In this document: in pieces, positions 1 through 9,669 of the stretch | Layout: the number at the start of each line of letters is the position of its first letter | Position numbering within the stretch: position 1 is the stretch's first letter | Origin: an uncultured virus (IMG/VR IMGVR_UViG_3300027687_000007) | Taxonomy: Duplodnaviria; Heunggongvirae; Uroviricota; Caudoviricetes; Crassvirales | Length of the DNA: 20,000 nt | Reading direction: 5' to 3' (one strand) | Virus record (IMG/VR): IMGVR_UViG_3300027687_000007 | Program-made: the position numbers and the translations under genes | Notes under the pieces: model-generated | The model's input: the letters and a program-made list of their open reading frames with translations, nothing else | Told to the model about the DNA's origin: nothing | The model's database searches: none

Positions 1-247
1 GTTTTTTAACATAGTGAGCAACTGATGAATCAATCGCTTGCTCTGCTCCTTCTAAAGTTTCACGTCTTGTGACGTCGTGCCAAGTATCTTTTTCATTTGG
101 ATCTTGGTGTTCGGTTTGATAGAAACCGTTTGGTAATTGCACAATACGCCAATTTGACTTATCAGCAACATGCTTCCAAAGGTCTAAGGTTTCTTGTGTG
201 ATTTGTGGTTGACTACTCCACGAACTAGTCTGGTAAAAAATTGTCAT
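1..247 (-). CDS. Hypothetical phage protein, 3'-truncated by the window edge (MTIFYQTSSWSSQPQITQETLDLWKHVADKSNWRIVQLPNGFYQTE...)
   Basis: Manual translation: ATG at 247, 82 open codons to the edge, A-rich leader, class II motif upstream. Confidence 0.8.
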   Translation of the reverse strand, partial: MTIFYQTSSWSSQPQITQETLDLWKHVADKSNWRIVQLPNGFYQTEHQDPNEKDTWHDVTRRETLEGAEQAIDSSVAHYVKK

Positions 248-303
248 TGGTTTTGGTTTTAATTATTATCTGGTTGTTGCTCTTCCCGAGCCGGGTATAT
301 TGC

Positions 304-332
304 TATTATTACTTGTTTTGAGTAATTTTTAC
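304..332 (-). promoter_or_regulatory. Class II putative promoter GTAA-N16-GTAATAATA
   Basis: Same spacing and consensus as copies at 8878-8906 (-) and 17077-17105 (+); intergenic, oriented toward the ATG at 247. Confidence 0.6.
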
Positions 333-339
333 TATAATA

Positions 340-3300
340 CTATTTTTCTAACTGCTCTACTCTTGTTTTTAAATCCTCTATAATTTCTTGTTGTTCTTTT
401 ATTGCATTTATCAATACAGCTGTTAACTCTGAGTAAGCTACGGATTTAAGCCCATCATCTTCATTTTCTAATATAAGTTCTGGTAAAACAGCTTCAACTT
501 CTTGAGCTATAACACCAACTTTAGTAGGTCCTGTATTAAAATCAGTTCTGTTATAATAAACACCTCTCATGGCTTGAACCTTTCCAATACAGTCGTCAAT
601 TTCAACTATATTTTCTTTTATTCTTATATCAGAATTTTGAGTTAACGTACCATTAATAGTCATGTTAGCAGTTGAAGGGAAGAATCTATATCTAATTGAT
701 CCTCCATCTCTCCAGTATACGTTACCACAATTCATGTCAAAGTAAGTATCTGAATTATTTGTGTGAAATCTAAAGTGATTTGCTGTTGCATTATTACCTA
801 GAAAAAAATCACCTACTCCAGTAGAGCTTCTTACTATCGAAACTCCATTTACATGAAATTTTGCTAATGGAGTAACTCCTATACCACAGTCTTGATTTAT
901 GATAGTAGCGTAATTGTTAGTAGACCATCTATAAGCACCGCCTGTACTAAACTGCAATGTATCGGCAGCAGGATTAAACATACCAGTGTTTGTGTCACTA
1001 TTAAAAGAGTGTGCTGGTTGGTATGCGCTTCCACCTGTAGATCTCACATATCCCGCTACAATATTACCAACCGCTTCAAGGTTTCCTGAAGCTCTTACAT
1101 TTCCACTTATAAGTAATTCTGTACCATTAGCATCCATCCTTACATCGTAATCAGAAGTACCTGTGTTGCTTGTATGGAAATCAATATATCTACCCACTTC
1201 TGTTACAGCTCCTACAATTGCTACTCCGCCGTTATGCCAAGCTCCACTCACTGGAACCTTCAAGCTAAGTGTACCAGTGCTTGTAATTGTTCCTCCTAAT
1301 ATAGGCGATGTTGTAGCTATAGATGTTACGGCACTTGACTTGAACCCTGCATCATTATCAAAAATACTTAAAGGTAGATCTACAAATTGAGTTTTTAAAG
1401 AAGAACCATCACTAGAAGAATCAGATCCGTAAATCATATAATCATCTCCGTCAGGAGTAGATCCACCTGGAGCAGCCATAACAATAGAATCAGAACCTGC
1501 GTAATCTACATTTAATGTTACAGATCCAGATGATCCTCCTCCTGTCAATCCACTACCCGCAGATACGTTAGTTATATCTCCAACACTAGTTGTATAACCA
1601 GCACCGTTTGCTAATTGATTGTTGTTTGTAATATAATTAGCATTAGTTGCGCCTGTATAACCCAAGTTAGCTAATGTCATTGTTCTAGTAGCAAATGAAG
1701 TTATAACACCTTGCGTTAAATTCACACTGCTTAAAACCGCTCCACCTGCACTGATACCAATATTAGTTGATGTTCCTATAGTAGTATTGCCTGAGCTAGT
1801 TACATAACCTGCACCATTAGTAAGTTGATTGTTATTTGTTACATTAGTTGCACCATTCGCTACATTTAATAGTGTTCTTGCTGCTGCTGCTGTATAAGAT
1901 CTTCCGTAAGTATCTGTACCGTTTGTTCCAGTAAATAGACCCATTCCTGAACTAGCTCCAGTTGTAGAAAATGTCCCTGAGCCATTAAAGTACGATGCAA
2001 ATAAATAACCACTTGAGTTTCTTTGTGCTATCGTGTTGATGCTTTCGCTTGCTGATACTGTACCTGTAACGGTACCTGTATTTGTTGTATACCCAGCGCC
2101 ATTGGAAAGTTGATTATTATTAGTAATGTAATTTGCATTTGTAGCACCTGTAAATCCTAAACCACCAAGAGTAGTTGTAGAAGATACTAGTCCTGTAACA
2201 TGACCAAAAGTATCTAATGTTACATCTTGTATGTACGTATTACCTGAGTTATTTACAGTAGCTTGACTTGACGTGTCTGCGTGAGATATTGTAACTGTAC
2301 CACTTGTACCTCCACCTGTAATTCCTGTTCCTGCGGTTACACCTGTAATATCACCTACATTTCCAGTGTATCCAGCACCGTTTGTTATTGCGTTATTATT
2401 TAAACTTATATTTGCTGAACCATTAAAGGACACGCCTGCAATTGTTCTAGCTGTTTGAAGTACTGTTGCTGAGTAAGCGTTACCCGATATTGTAGTCTGT
2501 ACAATATTTGGTGCAGAGTTAGTTATTGTAACTGTACCACTAGTGCCTCCACCTGAAATACCTGAACCTGCTGTTACTCCTGTTATGTCTCCTGAGTTAG
2601 AAGTCCATCCTGCATTATTGCTAAAAATACTAAGTGGAATAGATGATATTAATTGTCTATTGTCAACCCCACCATTTTCCGCTATTAAATAGTCAGTAGC
2701 TATTAACGTACCTCCAACTGCTAATTCACCTAAGTCTAGAGTAAGTGTTACTGCGCCTGAACTACCACCACCACTTAAGCCTGTGCCTGCGGTTACCGCG
2801 GTTATATCACCTACGTTAGTAGTATAACCAGAATCATTAGTCCATTGAGATATGTTGTTACTTGCAAGACCTAAAGTTACAGTACCACTTGTGCCGCCTC
2901 CAGTTAATTTGTTTCCTGCAGTAACGCCTGTAATGTCTCCAACATTTGAAGTATAGCCTTGATTTTTTACAAACGCAGTTGTAGCTAAATAGGTAGAACT
3001 ATCTGCTGTTGACCTTGTTACAGATATAGGTGTTGTTGTAAATGTTTTTGCTCCACCAATACTTTGTGTACCTATAGTATATACTCCATTTGTAACTGAT
3101 CCAGCATTACCTGATACAGTTGTTTGAACAATGTTGGGTGATGTGTTTGTTATAGTTAATGTTCCTCCACTAGAAGTAGAAGTAAGTTCTGATTGTATAC
3201 CAGTACCTTGAGCAAAAGTTATTGTTTCACCATTTGTAACAGTGCTTGTTTCAGTGCCATTACCTTCTTTAATAATAAAAGATGACATGCTCCCTACAGC

Positions 3301-5262
3301 TGTATTATCTACTTTTGTCCACGTTGTGTTCCCAAATACAGCCCAATCACCTACTGCCCAATCCGTAATACCATTTAAGTTTGTACTACCTGCAACCGAT
3401 ACTATATAATAATCTCCTGATGTACCTACGTTGCTTGCAAGTGTCGGTGTGTTTGTACTAGCGTTCCATGTACCTTCAAATTGCAACACGCCAGTTAAAG
3501 CCGTATTGATAGCTGTTTGTATCTGTGCTCCAGTTGCTAAATTAGCAGAAGACAAATTTACTGTACCTGTTACTGGTGTTAATGTTTTTGCTGTTGTTCC
3601 GCTAGAAGTTAAAGTAGAACTATTTCCAGTTGCAACAGTATTTACTTGACCGGTTGCTCCTGTAGATACAGCGGTTACTCTACCATATGCATCTAAAGTT
3701 ATTTGATCAATTTTAATACTATTAGATGTAGATCCATAAAATCCAGCCCCTGCACCAGCAGTTGCTAAACTTAAAGTTCCTGTGGAAGTAATTGTCCCAC
3801 CAGTTAATCCAGTGCCAGTTGCAACTGATGTTACTCCCGCACTAGAACTTGTACCTGCACCTATTAAGCTTCTAACCTCAGCTGCTGATATACCTGAATT
3901 TAAGCTTGGTGTTGAACCATTAGATAAAATTGCAGGTGTACCTGTGTCATTGACAACCCCTAGGTTAGTCCTTGCCCCAGACGCAGTACTTGATCCAGTG
4001 CCCCCATTTGCTACAGATAAGTCTGTACCTGACCAGTTTCCGTTGTTAATACTAACTGATCCACCTAAAGTAATAGTGCCTGTAGAAGTTATTGTTCCTC
4101 CAGTTAATGTTATTCCATTTACACTGCCACTTGTTGCGACAGATGTTACTCCTGCACTACTTGATGTTCCTGCACCAATTAAACTTCTAACTTCTGCTGC
4201 ACTAATACCACTATTTAAACTTGGCGTTGAACCATTGCTTAATATAGCTGGAACACCAGTATCACCGGTTACTGTACAATTTAATGTTACTGAACCTGAA
4301 GCTCCACCACCACTCATGCCTGTACCTGCAACCACTGCTGTTATATCTCCAACATTTGATGTAAAACCAGAATCATTGTTCATGATGCTTAGAGGTAAAT
4401 CCACAAACTGGCCGCTTACTGATTCTCCACTTCCCGAAGAATCGGCGCCGTAAATAAACATGTCATCAGCATCAGGAACGTTTCCAGTTGGAGCAGCCAT
4501 AACAATAGAATCAGCACCTGTGTAATCTACAGATACAGTTCCTGAACCGGTTATAGTTCCGCCTGTTAATCCTGATCCTGTAGCCACAGAAGTTACTCCT
4601 GCAGATGAACTAGTTCCTGCTCCAATTAAAGATCTTACTTCAGCCGCTGATATACCTGAGTTTAATGAAGGCGTACTGCCATTACTTAACATTGCTGGCG
4701 TACCAGTATCATTAACAACTCCTAAGTTAGTTCTAGCAGCAGATGCTGAGCTTGCACCTGTTCCTCCGTTAACAACTGATAAATCTGTGCCTGACCAATC
4801 ACTATTGCTGATAGCAAGAGTTCCACCCAATACTATAGTTCCTGAAGAGGTAATAGTGCCTCCAGTTAGTGTTAGTCCGTTTTTTGTGCCTGATGTAGCT
4901 ACAGAAGTTACACCTGAAGACGTAACGTATCTACCATCTAAATCTACTGTTAAAGTACTTAAACCATTTCTAGTAGCACTTAAAATTCCATTAGTAGTAT
5001 TAAAACCTAGGCCAGTTAAATAATTATTACTTCCTGAATCGTCCGCCCAAGAAGCTGTAATAGTCCCACCGTCTTGTTGAGTAGCTGTTAATGTTTTTGT
5101 ATTAGTTCCTGATACAGCTAAACCTACTATAGAGTTGTCATACGAAGTATTCCACTGAGTAGATGTACCGCCAGGCGCCGTCATTATACCACCAGAGGTT
5201 ATAATTCCTCCGGTGGTTAACGAGCCTTTTACATCTTGATCTGCATAATATATTATAGCCAT
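340..5262 (-). CDS. Long tail fibre/spike with C-terminal peptidase S74 intramolecular chaperone domain
   Basis: 1640 aa, G/T/S-rich repeats; C-terminus SDIRIKENI...GVIAQEVEAVLPE...VAYSEL...LINAIKEQQ plus coiled coil is typical of S74. Confidence 0.9.
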   Translation of the reverse strand: MAIIYYADQDVKGSLTTGGIITSGGIMTAPGGTSTQWNTSYDNSIVGLAVSGTNTKTLTATQQDGGTITASWADDSGSNNYLTGLGFNTTNGILSATRNGLSTLTVDLDGRYVTSSGVTSVATSGTKNGLTLTGGTITSSGTIVLGGTLAISNSDWSGTDLSVVNGGTGASSASAARTNLGVVNDTGTPAMLSNGSTPSLNSGISAAEVRSLIGAGTSSSAGVTSVATGSGLTGGTITGSGTVSVDYTGADSIVMAAPTGNVPDADDMFIYGADSSGSGESVSGQFVDLPLSIMNNDSGFTSNVGDITAVVAGTGMSGGGASGSVTLNCTVTGDTGVPAILSNGSTPSLNSGISAAEVRSLIGAGTSSSAGVTSVATSGSVNGITLTGGTITSTGTITLGGSVSINNGNWSGTDLSVANGGTGSSTASGARTNLGVVNDTGTPAILSNGSTPSLNSGISAAEVRSLIGAGTSSSAGVTSVATGTGLTGGTITSTGTLSLATAGAGAGFYGSTSNSIKIDQITLDAYGRVTAVSTGATGQVNTVATGNSSTLTSSGTTAKTLTPVTGTVNLSSANLATGAQIQTAINTALTGVLQFEGTWNASTNTPTLASNVGTSGDYYIVSVAGSTNLNGITDWAVGDWAVFGNTTWTKVDNTAVGSMSSFIIKEGNGTETSTVTNGETITFAQGTGIQSELTSTSSGGTLTITNTSPNIVQTTVSGNAGSVTNGVYTIGTQSIGGAKTFTTTPISVTRSTADSSTYLATTAFVKNQGYTSNVGDITGVTAGNKLTGGGTSGTVTLGLASNNISQWTNDSGYTTNVGDITAVTAGTGLSGGGSSGAVTLTLDLGELAVGGTLIATDYLIAENGGVDNRQLISSIPLSIFSNNAGWTSNSGDITGVTAGSGISGGGTSGTVTITNSAPNIVQTTISGNAYSATVLQTARTIAGVSFNGSANISLNNNAITNGAGYTGNVGDITGVTAGTGITGGGTSGTVTISHADTSSQATVNNSGNTYIQDVTLDTFGHVTGLVSSTTTLGGLGFTGATNANYITNNNQLSNGAGYTTNTGTVTGTVSASESINTIAQRNSSGYLFASYFNGSGTFSTTGASSGMGLFTGTNGTDTYGRSYTAAAARTLLNVANGATNVTNNNQLTNGAGYVTSSGNTTIGTSTNIGISAGGAVLSSVNLTQGVITSFATRTMTLANLGYTGATNANYITNNNQLANGAGYTTSVGDITNVSAGSGLTGGGSSGSVTLNVDYAGSDSIVMAAPGGSTPDGDDYMIYGSDSSSDGSSLKTQFVDLPLSIFDNDAGFKSSAVTSIATTSPILGGTITSTGTLSLKVPVSGAWHNGGVAIVGAVTEVGRYIDFHTSNTGTSDYDVRMDANGTELLISGNVRASGNLEAVGNIVAGYVRSTGGSAYQPAHSFNSDTNTGMFNPAADTLQFSTGGAYRWSTNNYATIINQDCGIGVTPLAKFHVNGVSIVRSSTGVGDFFLGNNATANHFRFHTNNSDTYFDMNCGNVYWRDGGSIRYRFFPSTANMTINGTLTQNSDIRIKENIVEIDDCIGKVQAMRGVYYNRTDFNTGPTKVGVIAQEVEAVLPELILENEDDGLKSVAYSELTAVLINAIKEQQEIIEDLKTRVEQLEK
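3813..4710 (-). repeat. Three intragenic copies of a ~45-aa module (DTGxPAxLSNGSTPSLNSGISAAEVRSLIGAGTSSSAGVTSVAT)
   Basis: Copies at about 4575-4710, 4128-4263 and 3813-3948; near-identical protein, synonymous DNA divergence. Confidence 0.85.
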
Positions 5263-5304
5263 TTACATTTAGTTTATTTATTAATTAAATTTAATTGAAT
5301 TTTA

Positions 5305-7653
5305 TTATCCTATTCTACTTACTAACACTATAACTCCACCTGAAGGGAAAGTACCAGTACCGCTAATAGTAACTTGATTTACTGAATTTCTTTCTACCTC
5401 CATGTGTATTGTGTCTTTTGTAGTTTCATCATAAATCTGAACCATTACATCAAAAGTACCTAAACTATGGGTTATAGCTCCATAAGCTGTTACTGTTCCA
5501 GACTTAAAAGTATGTAACTGAAGAAGATCTTGAATAAGTGTTTTTACATTTCCAGCATCATCTGTTCTAACAGCAACATAAGATTCATCTGCAATTGGCG
5601 CTGATTCAACAGTAAGACTATCTATGTCTAGTCCAACAACAACAGCTCCTGTTGTAGGTGTAACTGACATACCATCTAAGTCAGCGTTTGTAGCTGCTGT
5701 AACTGAATCAACCGGTGTTGAATCTGTAGGAGTAACCCACGTACCATCACCACGTAAGAATGTAGTATTAGTACCGCCAGAAGGAACATAACCAACTCTA
5801 GTTGTGCCTGCGTAAGATTTTGAAGTTAAATTTAATGCTCTTCCAACTATAGCGGCATCTAAAGGTACGCCTGTTGAAGCTCCTAAAGCTAAAGTAACAC
5901 TTGTTACACCAGTGTCTGAACCAGCTGTCCAAGGCACGTTAACTACTAACTGATCACTTGAATCAACTTGCAATTCATACGTTCTATCAGCTGTAGCGGA
6001 AACTCCCGCTTTTGCTACTGTTTGAACTGTTGCGTTTACATTAGCATCAATAGTATTAGTATTTAAACTTAAACCTGTTCCCGCAGCTCTTTGAGTGTTT
6101 GTATCTGTTGGAACAACCCAAGTACCATCACCTCTTAAAAACGTAGTACCACCACCACCAGAAGGTACAACACCTAATGTTGAAGCTCCGCCGTATATAT
6201 CAGAAGTAACAAATCCATTTGCTGTTACACTAAATGTAGCAGAATCAAAACCTGCAATACCTTTTGTAGTAGCGCCATCAGTTGCTCCTTCGCCCGCTAC
6301 TTCTTGTCCAGACTGAACAACTGTCCAGTTACCAAATGTAGCACCTGGATTATCTTGATTTGCAAATATTAAATCACCTGGCTGTACTGTTTCAGCAAAG
6401 AATGTTCCAGCTTCTGTTACTGCCCAGAAATAACCTTGTTGTATTGAAGTTGCAGGGCTTGTATCTAAATCAGGTGTGTTAGTTGCTGCGTTGTATCCGC
6501 CTTGAAATGCTGAAGTACCAGCAATAAGTGTTTCAACTTGACCTAAATTAACAGCGTCTCCACTAAGAGTACCAGAGGCTAAGCTTCGTATCTTAGATGC
6601 GTTCATGTCTATAACGCCAGTCATATCTAAATCACCACCAACTGAAAGATCTGCTCCAATAGCAGCGGAAGCAGTTATATCAAGCGATCCTGCAGTAAAC
6701 AATCCGCCTATTGTAACAGCGTTTGGTAAACCAACAGTAACACTACCATTATTTCCAACAGATTCTGAAATAGCTATTTGACTAGTTGTACCGTTTATTG
6801 TTACGGCAGACTTGACACCAGTACCAGTACCTCCAGCTGTTAAATTAAGAACAGCAGAATTAGCGCCTCCAGCGGCAACTGGTAACGTATATGTTTCGTT
6901 TGTATTGGATGGGGTTGTGTATGTTACTCTTTTGTTAGTACTATCAAAAGCAATACTTGCACCTCCTCCAGCAGCAAATTGTAAATCTACAGTGTCAGTT
7001 ACAGCAAATTGTTCTGTACCACCATCATCAGCAATACCTAATGAAGTTGTATTTGCTGTACCGTTTACAGTTACAGCACCTGTTGCGCCACTTACCGTTA
7101 TATTAGTACCAGCTACAATGCTTGTTACACCTGTATTGGTAATTGTTAATAGATTAGGTGTAGCGGTTGAAACTGCTGTGCTTATACCTGTTCCACCTGT
7201 GAAATCTACTCTTAAGCCATCCGTTATATTTACAGCTGTACCAGTATCTCCTTCTAAACTCCAAGACGTATATGATCCTGCTGGTGTTGCCCAAACATTA
7301 TCACCTCTTAAGAAAGTAGTGCCTCCTGGTGTTCCAGTTGCAGAAAGATCTATAACACCTGTTGATACAAGTCCTTTTGCGTTTGTATTTACTACAGCCG
7401 CTGAAACAAACGTTCCATTTGCATTTGTAAAGCCTGATACACCAGATCCAGATCCATCCATTGAAACCCATGAGGTTCCATTGTAGAATTTCATAATTTT
7501 GGATGTGACATCCATGTACATCTGACCTATTACTTCATTTCCTGTTGCAGGAGCGGAGGTCTCATTATCTACTACTGGTAGTAATAGTTCATTGTAGTTG
7601 AATTCAATATCAGAACCTATTAGTCCAATATTAGCGTAATAATTAATTGCCAT
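5305..7653 (-). CDS. Tail fibre-like structural protein
   Basis: 782 aa, G/T/A-rich; three TTFLRGDxxW repeats; YNAATNTPDL module shared with the 1640-aa fibre; C-terminal ITHSLGTFDVMVQIYD. Confidence 0.8.
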   Translation of the reverse strand: MAINYYANIGLIGSDIEFNYNELLLPVVDNETSAPATGNEVIGQMYMDVTSKIMKFYNGTSWVSMDGSGSGVSGFTNANGTFVSAAVVNTNAKGLVSTGVIDLSATGTPGGTTFLRGDNVWATPAGSYTSWSLEGDTGTAVNITDGLRVDFTGGTGISTAVSTATPNLLTITNTGVTSIVAGTNITVSGATGAVTVNGTANTTSLGIADDGGTEQFAVTDTVDLQFAAGGGASIAFDSTNKRVTYTTPSNTNETYTLPVAAGGANSAVLNLTAGGTGTGVKSAVTINGTTSQIAISESVGNNGSVTVGLPNAVTIGGLFTAGSLDITASAAIGADLSVGGDLDMTGVIDMNASKIRSLASGTLSGDAVNLGQVETLIAGTSAFQGGYNAATNTPDLDTSPATSIQQGYFWAVTEAGTFFAETVQPGDLIFANQDNPGATFGNWTVVQSGQEVAGEGATDGATTKGIAGFDSATFSVTANGFVTSDIYGGASTLGVVPSGGGGTTFLRGDGTWVVPTDTNTQRAAGTGLSLNTNTIDANVNATVQTVAKAGVSATADRTYELQVDSSDQLVVNVPWTAGSDTGVTSVTLALGASTGVPLDAAIVGRALNLTSKSYAGTTRVGYVPSGGTNTTFLRGDGTWVTPTDSTPVDSVTAATNADLDGMSVTPTTGAVVVGLDIDSLTVESAPIADESYVAVRTDDAGNVKTLIQDLLQLHTFKSGTVTAYGAITHSLGTFDVMVQIYDETTKDTIHMEVERNSVNQVTISGTGTFPSGGVIVLVSRIG

Positions 7654-7669
7654 AGTTTTTTTTGTTAGT

Positions 7670-8374
7670 TTAGTTTAAAATTGATGACCCCGCTATATTG
7701 CTGTTAAAGTCGACTGTTATTGTTGTTGCGTTAGTATATTCAACTGCTCCGTATATTTCATCTCCACCGTTATCAATTAACGTTACAGATGGTTCTGCTT
7801 TGCCTGTTGTATTATTAATCACCCATTGATTGGACGCATTAAAGTTTTGTTTTAAGTTTACATCTCCACCACCCGATATATTAAAATCTATAACAGTGTA
7901 CTGAGTACCTTGCTGTGCTATAGTACCGTTTCCTCCGATGTATGTTATTGTTGCTATGTAGTAACTAGCTGTTGCCGGATCTACTGTATACGTATCTAAT
8001 TTATAATGGCCAAATTGACTTATCTGATCTCCTTGGCCAATCAATATATCTGTTCCTACTAAGTAGTCAAGAAATGCCACTACATTTTGTTTGTTTGCTT
8101 CTGTAATAGAAAATCTTAATTCAGTTAAAGTATTAAAAGCAGTCCCAGATCCACCGCCGCCGGTTTTAGATACTGTACCTACCCCGCCGTTTTGTGTGTC
8201 GGACCATGTGAATATCATTTGCCCGCCAACACTTACCTTACCACTTAAGTTTAAGTAATTAGCTACCGCTGATGCTGTGAATTGCTTCGTGCTACGGTTA
8301 CCCGCGTTTGTGCCTATCCAAGCATCGTTGTCAGTAACAACTGGTTTATATGGATACGAACTTATTCTTGCCAT
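7670..8374 (-). CDS. Putative virion/tail-associated protein
   Basis: 234 aa; C-terminal WVINN..GK.EPSVTLID...GAVEY...ITVDF resembles the C-terminus of the 782-aa protein; co-oriented with the fibres. Confidence 0.7.
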   Translation of the reverse strand: MARISSYPYKPVVTDNDAWIGTNAGNRSTKQFTASAVANYLNLSGKVSVGGQMIFTWSDTQNGGVGTVSKTGGGGSGTAFNTLTELRFSITEANKQNVVAFLDYLVGTDILIGQGDQISQFGHYKLDTYTVDPATASYYIATITYIGGNGTIAQQGTQYTVIDFNISGGGDVNLKQNFNASNQWVINNTTGKAEPSVTLIDNGGDEIYGAVEYTNATTITVDFNSNIAGSSILN

Positions 8375-8385
8375 GTTTTATTTTT

Positions 8386-8853
8386 TTATGCGTAGACTCT
8401 TATTTCTATCGATGCTCCTGTTAGAAGTGAATCGAAACTAGTGTCTATGGTTACGGTAGTTGTGGTAGGACTTGCCCACTCTATGTTAGCAGTTGCTGTT
8501 GCAGAACCTCCATTTATAAATACCATTGTTTTGTTTAAGGTAAAGAAAGAATCTGCTATAGTAGCAGTATATGCGCCTGCTCCTGTTCTTGTCCATGCTA
8601 TTGTTCCACCTGTAGTGTTTTGCATTATTGTAGCAACTGGTGGATTAACAACTCCTGCTTGCGTGAGTAAAGCTGTATATACTTTATAACCTCCAGCGAA
8701 ACCTGTGTTTATAAGTGAAGCTACATTAGATAGTGTAAAGTTTCTAGTTAAATTGGCTTCTCCACCATCTAGTTGCTGCACGTTCATCTGTGTTCCTACG
8801 AGTAGTGTGTCTGCAGCCGGTGTACCCAGTGGGTATGATATTATATCTGCCAT
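8386..8853 (-). CDS. Putative virion structural protein
   Basis: 155 aa; N-terminus MADIISYP resembles neighbour's MARISSYP; first gene after a class II motif. Confidence 0.7.
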   Translation of the reverse strand: MADIISYPLGTPAADTLLVGTQMNVQQLDGGEANLTRNFTLSNVASLINTGFAGGYKVYTALLTQAGVVNPPVATIMQNTTGGTIAWTRTGAGAYTATIADSFFTLNKTMVFINGGSATATANIEWASPTTTTVTIDTSFDSLLTGASIEIRVYA

Positions 8854-8877
8854 TTATTTTGTGTTTGTTATATCCTA

Positions 8878-8906
8878 TATACTTACATATTTAAAGAAGT
8901 TTTTAC
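8878..8906 (-). promoter_or_regulatory. Class II putative late promoter GTAA-N16-GTAAGTATA
   Basis: About 25 nt upstream of the structural operon ATG (8853); matches two other copies. Confidence 0.65.
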
Positions 8907-8910
8907 AAGT

Positions 8911-8955
8911 GTGACAATAGGTAGTTACTTATATAACTTATAAGGCTTATGTCAC
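8911..8955. promoter_or_regulatory. 45-bp inverted-repeat site GTGACAWWAG-N25-CTWWTGTCAC, copy 1
   Basis: GTGACAATAG...CTTATGTCAC; same length and half-sites as 15686-15730. Confidence 0.6.
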
Positions 8956-9006
8956 TAAAATAAAAAAGTATTACAAATACAGGGCAGTAGCACCCCTCCT
9001 CTCCTT

Positions 9007-9155
9007 TTCACTCTTCACTTTCTCAGTAAAACGCTTATTTTTACGCCGTCCCCAGCCACTTTTCACTCGTTTCACATGTTTTATTAGACATTTTCCTCCA
9101 CATTCCACATAACCTATTCACATTACAATTCACATTCACTCAAAACAATTCACAT
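9007..9155 (+). repeat. Cluster of TTCAC short direct repeats in a G-poor tract (possible ori/packaging/terminus region)
   Basis: TTCAC at 9007, 9014, 9062, 9071, 9117, 9129, 9135, 9149; ACAATTCACAT twice (9125, 9145). Confidence 0.55.
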
Positions 9156-9156
9156 A

Positions 9157-9200
9157 TTTACATACAAAATACTTTCGGTAACAGATAATATAAATGTAAC
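9157..9200 (+). promoter_or_regulatory. Class I putative early promoter, copy 1
   Basis: TTACATACAAAATA-N9-ACAGATAATATAAATGTAAC. Confidence 0.8.
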
Positions 9201-9217
9201 AAACAAACATTAATACT

Positions 9218-9316
9218 ATGTCAAAAGAAAAAATCAGTAACATTATCGGTCTCACTATCACATTTGGTTTCATCATTCCATCACTAATAATAGTAACAAT
9301 CCACATAATGAGTTAG
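9218..9316 (+). CDS. 32-aa single-pass membrane microprotein (MSKEKISNIIGLTITFGFIIPSLIIVTIHIMS)
   Basis: ATG 37 nt after the start of the ACAG box; long hydrophobic stretch. Confidence 0.6.
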   Translation: MSKEKISNIIGLTITFGFIIPSLIIVTIHIMS

Positions 9317-9326
9317 TTATAGTAAG

Positions 9327-9343
9327 TATGACATTGTGTCATA
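9327..9343. promoter_or_regulatory. Operator-like palindrome TATGACA-N3-TGTCATA
   Basis: Perfect 7-bp arms; second copy at 9897-9911. Confidence 0.5.
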
Positions 9344-9411
9344 AGTCAGACATATTGACATGTCGACTAAGTACTTAACCACTTTTACAACTACTAAATA
9401 AATATACACTC

Positions 9412-9455
9412 TTTACAAACAAAATACTATATCAAACAGATAATATAAATGTAAC
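9412..9455 (+). promoter_or_regulatory. Class I putative early promoter, copy 2
   Basis: TTACAAACAAAATA-N9-ACAGATAATATAAATGTAAC. Confidence 0.8.
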
Positions 9456-9470
9456 CAATTAAAACTATAT

Positions 9471-9647
9471 ATTATTAAACTATCAATCAACAAATATCAA
9501 ATCAAAAAAACTATTAATATTCTAACAAATAATCATTACAATATTAAATCTTTAAATAATAAAATAATTATATTATCTCAATATCAAACTAATAATATAA
9601 CTAAATTACTAAATACTAATTATATAATATATAAAATAAATAAATAA
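9471..9647 (+). CDS. Possible G-free ORF with a non-AUG (ATT) start, ~58 aa (IIKLSINKYQIKKTINILTNNHYNIKSLNNKIIILSQYQTNNITKLLNTNYIIYKINK)
   Basis: Frame open 9444-9644, ending TAA TAA TAA; ATT lies at the usual start distance from the promoter; no G in 9452-9671. Confidence 0.4.
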   Translation: MIKLSINKYQIKKTINILTNNHYNIKSLNNKIIILSQYQTNNITKLLNTNYIIYKINK

Positions 9648-9669
9648 TAATAACTTAAATAAATAAACT

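Noticed and set aside
3813..4910. Tail-fibre repeats as a diversity-generating retroelement TR/VR pair
   Set aside because: Differences are synonymous, not adenine-specific; all copies are in-frame and internal; no reverse transcriptase in the window
892..8914. Plus-strand ORFs inside the structural genes (e.g. 3782-4453, 6812-7486)
   Set aside because: Antisense shadows of Gly/Thr/Ser-rich minus-strand genes, with V/P-rich translations typical of such shadows
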